Shown here in pieces: positions 60,542 to 64,000 of a stretch of 64,000 nucleotides of DNA. The position numbers and the translations under genes were made by a program. Every line of letters starts with the position of its first letter. Positions within the stretch are counted from its first letter, which is position 1. The DNA is from Candidatus Poribacteria bacterium. Lineage in GTDB: Bacteria > Poribacteria > WGA-4E > WGA-3G. The DNA lies in contig CBDANF010000003.1 of the NCBI GenBank assembly GCA_965197475.1, positions 832,001-896,000 of the forward strand, written 5' to 3'. The notes under the pieces are model-generated. The model searched no databases, was not told the DNA's origin, and saw nothing but the letters and a program-made list of their open reading frames with translations.

Positions 60542-62503
60542 CTAATCTCCTGCACTTGCAGGCGAATGTTCAGGCTGCGCTTGCGGTATCCAATCGGATT
60601 CTTCACCGGGAACGCTGTATTCATAGGGACCACGGTAAACAGTTGGAATTTGGGCAAAATTGCCGTGTGGCACGGGTGTCGGTGCCTCCCATTCCAACGT
60701 GTTGACATGCCATGGATTCTTTTCAGCGACCTTACCACGGTACATGCTCCAGAAGAAGTTAAACAGCAAAATAAGTTGAACTGCTCCGAGTGTAAATGCA
60801 CTCATCGTAATAAAGATATTCATTCCTTCAAACCCTTGTAGATACTCGGTCTGTAACGGATTATCTATGCGGCGTCTATGTAAACCTACGCCGAGAATGT
60901 GCATAGGAAAGAAGGTACAGTTGAAGGCAATGAACGTCAACCAAAAATGAATTTTGCACAATAAATCGTTCATATAGCGACCATACATTTTCGGGAACCA
61001 GAAGATGATACCGCCAAAGATCGCAAACAAACTTCCGCCAAAAACGACATAGTGAATATGTGCCACAATGAAGTATGTGTCGTGGATAGCAATATCAACA
61101 GGTGTGTTTGCCATATAGATACCACTGAGTCCGCCAATCACAAACATGGACACAAATGCTATAGCGTGAAGCATCGGCGTTGCAAACCGAATTGAACCGC
61201 GGTACATAGTGCCAAGCCAGTTAAATGTCTTAATGGCTGAAGGCACCGCGATGAGCATCGTTGTGGTCATAAAGAAAGCACCCATTCCGGGTTGCATGCC
61301 ACTTTGGAACATGTGGTGTCCCCAGACAACCCATCCCAAAAACGCAATTGCGATCATCGCGTAGACCATAGACCGATAACCGAAAATCGGTTTACGTGAA
61401 AAGACTGCTACCAATTCGGAAGCAATACCCATCCCCGGTAGAATGAGGATGTATACTTCGGGGTGACCAAAGAACCAGAACAAGTGTTGCCAGAGGAGCG
61501 GATCACCACCTCCTTCAGCCGTAGGGGTGAAGAATGTGGTTCCCGCAAGTCTATCGAAAATGAGAAGTGCTAAAGCGGAAGACAGGACGGGGAAAGCAAG
61601 AAGCAACAGGATCGCAACGATGAAAAGTGACCAAATGACCAACGGAAGTCTAAAGAACGTCATCCCCGGTGCGCGCATGTTGATAATTGTGGTGATATAG
61701 TTAATTGAACCCACTAATGAAGAGAATCCTTGTATCAACAAACTGATTGCCCATAAGTTCATCCCCCAACCAACACCTGTCCATGTTGGATCAACCGATA
61801 ACGGCGCATAACCTGTCCAACCCGCTGATGCATGACCACCCGGCACGAAAAACCCTGCTACCATGACGATTGCAGCAAGCACGGCAAGCCAAAAAGAGAG
61901 CATGTTGAGAACAGGAAACGCCATATCCCGTGTGCCGATCATCAGTGGAATCAGGAAATTTCCGAAGGCACCAACCAAAATGGGCACAACTACAAAGAAC
62001 ACCATTATGGTCGCATGCATCGTAAACAACATGTTATAAAATTCACCCGTCATCACCCCGCCCGGAAGGTACGCCTCAATCCATTCTGTTTCCTCGGATT
62101 CAAAAATATTTGTCCACATTCTGTCAGCCCAGGTTACGGCTTCACCGGTCTCCTGAAATTCATCAGAGACACCGATGATAGGTAACGGTTTTGCACCCCT
62201 TCCTGGCTGTCCTTCTAACTCCGGTATTTCTGGGTATGCGAGTTGCCATCTAAAGAGCATCGCAAGTCCGCCGCCAAGAAACAACATTAGCAGCCCATAA
62301 ATCAGGAACTGCTTACCGATCATCTTGTGGTCAAGCGAAAAGATATATTTTCTAATAAAACCTTCTTCATGATGATGTGCATGGGCATCGTGATGGTCAC
62401 CATTATGCTCAGGAGCATGCGCTGCTACGTCATTATCTTCATGCACAGCATCATGATTTTCATCGTTGTCGTGTTCATGTGACATATTTTCGTTTTCTTG
62501 CAT
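60542..62503 (-). CDS. ctaD: Cytochrome c oxidase subunit I (type A1)
   Basis: DHKMIG, WFFGHPEVY, WGHH, VAHIH; likely start MQENEN. Confidence 0.95.
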   Translation of the reverse strand: MQENENMSHEHDNDENHDAVHEDNDVAAHAPEHNGDHHDAHAHHHEEGFIRKYIFSLDHKMIGKQFLIYGLLMLFLGGGLAMLFRWQLAYPEIPELEGQPGRGAKPLPIIGVSDEFQETGEAVTWADRMWTNIFESEETEWIEAYLPGGVMTGEFYNMLFTMHATIMVFFVVVPILVGAFGNFLIPLMIGTRDMAFPVLNMLSFWLAVLAAIVMVAGFFVPGGHASAGWTGYAPLSVDPTWTGVGWGMNLWAISLLIQGFSSLVGSINYITTIINMRAPGMTFFRLPLVIWSLFIVAILLLLAFPVLSSALALLIFDRLAGTTFFTPTAEGGGDPLLWQHLFWFFGHPEVYILILPGMGIASELVAVFSRKPIFGYRSMVYAMIAIAFLGWVVWGHHMFQSGMQPGMGAFFMTTTMLIAVPSAIKTFNWLGTMYRGSIRFATPMLHAIAFVSMFVIGGLSGIYMANTPVDIAIHDTYFIVAHIHYVVFGGSLFAIFGGIIFWFPKMYGRYMNDLLCKIHFWLTFIAFNCTFFPMHILGVGLHRRRIDNPLQTEYLQGFEGMNIFITMSAFTLGAVQLILLFNFFWSMYRGKVAEKNPWHVNTLEWEAPTPVPHGNFAQIPTVYRGPYEYSVPGEESDWIPQAQPEHSPASAGD

Positions 62504-62574
62504 AGTTATTTTAACTCCTTCTGCGACCCAGGCAAGCATAAGGTTAGCTTGGTTTTAGGTCATCTCCGCAGAAT

Positions 62575-63435
62575 TTACTGAGGCCACCTTTCTGCTTTCC
62601 AAGCATCGTAGCCAGCTTGCGTATGTACATTGAGGTATCCAATCATCCCGGAGTGTCCAAATCCACAGAGTTCGGCACACGGAATTTCATAACGCCACAC
62701 CTTTACATTGAGTTGTTTCACATCTGCTTTGTTGTAAGTATTGAGTTCGTCAGCAACCTTGAGTGTCAAGGTATCATCAGTTTCCAGAACAATGTTACCG
62801 GTTACTGGCGGCGTATTCGGATCAGCGAACGTTAGCGTTCCCGTATAGCATCCTTTCTTTCTCACGTTTTCGAGGTTTACAATCGGTCCCTCCTCCAAAT
62901 CTGTATCAAACCAAACATTAATAGATCTGCCGGGAAGTGCGTCCTGTTTCAGGCGCAATTGCGGCACGAAAAAACTGTGGATAACATCTTTAGCGGTTAA
63001 ACGGACATGTACGATCTTATTAGCAGGTACATGCAAGTGACTTTCCAACTCAAGGTCGTCATCCGTTCCTAATTCGTTATCCGGACCGGGATAGATCATA
63101 TACCAATTAAATTGCTCACCTCTGACTTGAACCACAACATCGGGATTCTCAGGAAACTCCGATGGAGATTTAATCTTATTCCACTGTGGATAACTAAGCA
63201 TCGCCAATCCGAACACAATTACAGTAGTAGCCGCAGTCCAGATGATTTCAAGCTTCGTACTTCCTTCAATGTACTCAGCGCGATGTCCTTCCCGATGACG
63301 GTATTTAATAAGGAATGTTATAAGTGTCACCATCACAAGGACAAACGCTACCAAGGTGATCCAATAAATAAGTGTGAAGAGGTTATCAACGCCCTTCCCG
63401 AACGTTGAAATGTTTTCTGGGAGCCATCGAAGCAT
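62575..63435 (-). CDS. coxB: Cytochrome c oxidase subunit II
   Basis: LEIIWT, DVIHSF, CAELCGFGHSGM CuA motif; aaggag RBS. Confidence 0.93.
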   Translation of the reverse strand: MLRWLPENISTFGKGVDNLFTLIYWITLVAFVLVMVTLITFLIKYRHREGHRAEYIEGSTKLEIIWTAATTVIVFGLAMLSYPQWNKIKSPSEFPENPDVVVQVRGEQFNWYMIYPGPDNELGTDDDLELESHLHVPANKIVHVRLTAKDVIHSFFVPQLRLKQDALPGRSINVWFDTDLEEGPIVNLENVRKKGCYTGTLTFADPNTPPVTGNIVLETDDTLTLKVADELNTYNKADVKQLNVKVWRYEIPCAELCGFGHSGMIGYLNVHTQAGYDAWKAERWPQ

Positions 63436-63516
63436 TAAATTCTCCTTAACAGGTGCGCAAAAGGCGAGTTTTACAGCCTCATTCGGAAAAAAGCGCACTA
63501 AAATTATTCTTATAGT

Positions 63517-64000
63517 TCAATTCGTTTGGGAGGACGCAGTAAACGTAGCCCCCAAATAAGTCAATACACAAAACACACCGGTAATCATTATAGAGAGCGT
63601 CCACGACGGCATTTCGCCAACCGTCGTTAAGGTATTTTTGTAAAGGCTATGGCGAAAAGCTGCAAGTCCATAAGTTAAAGGATTCAGTTTCATTACCCAT
63701 CCCAACCAACCGGGCGTTCCAGCACTTGGAAAAAACGCACCGGACAACAGCCATATCGGAATGAGTATCAGGTTCATAACAGCATGAAAACCTTGCGTAG
63801 AGTCCATTCTCCAAGCAATCAGTAAACCCAGGTTTGTCAAACCAAAGGCTAAGAGGGTCATCACACCTAATGTAGTGAGAAGTGATGTTACCCCAAATCG
63901 GATTCCAGTTAGTGGGGCAAGGAATAACAAAAGTAATCCTTGAAGTAATGCTAAAGTCGTTCCTCCTAATGCTTGCCCAAGGACAATACCCCATCTCGAC
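63517..64000 (-). CDS. ABC-2 type permease (partial; runs off the window)
   Basis: LSGAFFP, NPLTYG. Confidence 0.85.
   Translation of the reverse strand, partial: SRWGIVLGQALGGTTLALLQGLLLLFLAPLTGIRFGVTSLLTTLGVMTLLAFGLTNLGLLIAWRMDSTQGFHAVMNLILIPIWLLSGAFFPSAGTPGWLGWVMKLNPLTYGLAAFRHSLYKNTLTTVGEMPSWTLSIMITGVFCVLTYLGATFTASSQTN

Noticed and set aside
1-64000. CRISPR array, tRNA or rRNA genes
   Set aside because: No regularly spaced repeat-spacer array, cloverleaf or rRNA-like sequence was recognised by eye.

Overview
Bacterial DNA of about 43% GC (visual estimate). The TPR, WD40, LamG, PhyH, Uma2 and PQQ-propeller content suggests a Ca. Poribacteria-like sponge symbiont; this is an inference. 1-24 kb is heavily rearranged: IS3, two IS630 fragments, an IS982 remnant, an IS701-like element, and IS1595 nested in ISL2, plus nested MITEs, REP-like palindromes, truncated genes, a frameshifted glnS and an intact gltX. 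24-40 kb holds acs, a type II R-M pair, a Rrf2-cysK-cysH-MoaD-JAB/NIL sulfur cluster and membrane or lipoprotein genes. 38-64 kb is a long co-oriented minus-strand run: an aa3-type cytochrome c oxidase operon followed by uncharacterised genes sharing six PCP_red-like domains (USP-rubredoxin protein, Zn-ribbon protein, radical SAM, coiled-coil protein) alongside an Mrp ATPase. Two candidates for undescribed systems stand out. (1) A 2.0-kb element at 13190-15193 with perfect 13-bp terminal inverted repeats, two paralogous DUF1670-like genes, no recognisable transposase and a densely structured 215-nt non-coding tail. (2) The PCP_red/Mrp/radical SAM module coupled to the oxidase operon. All family assignments are by motif recognition, not database search.
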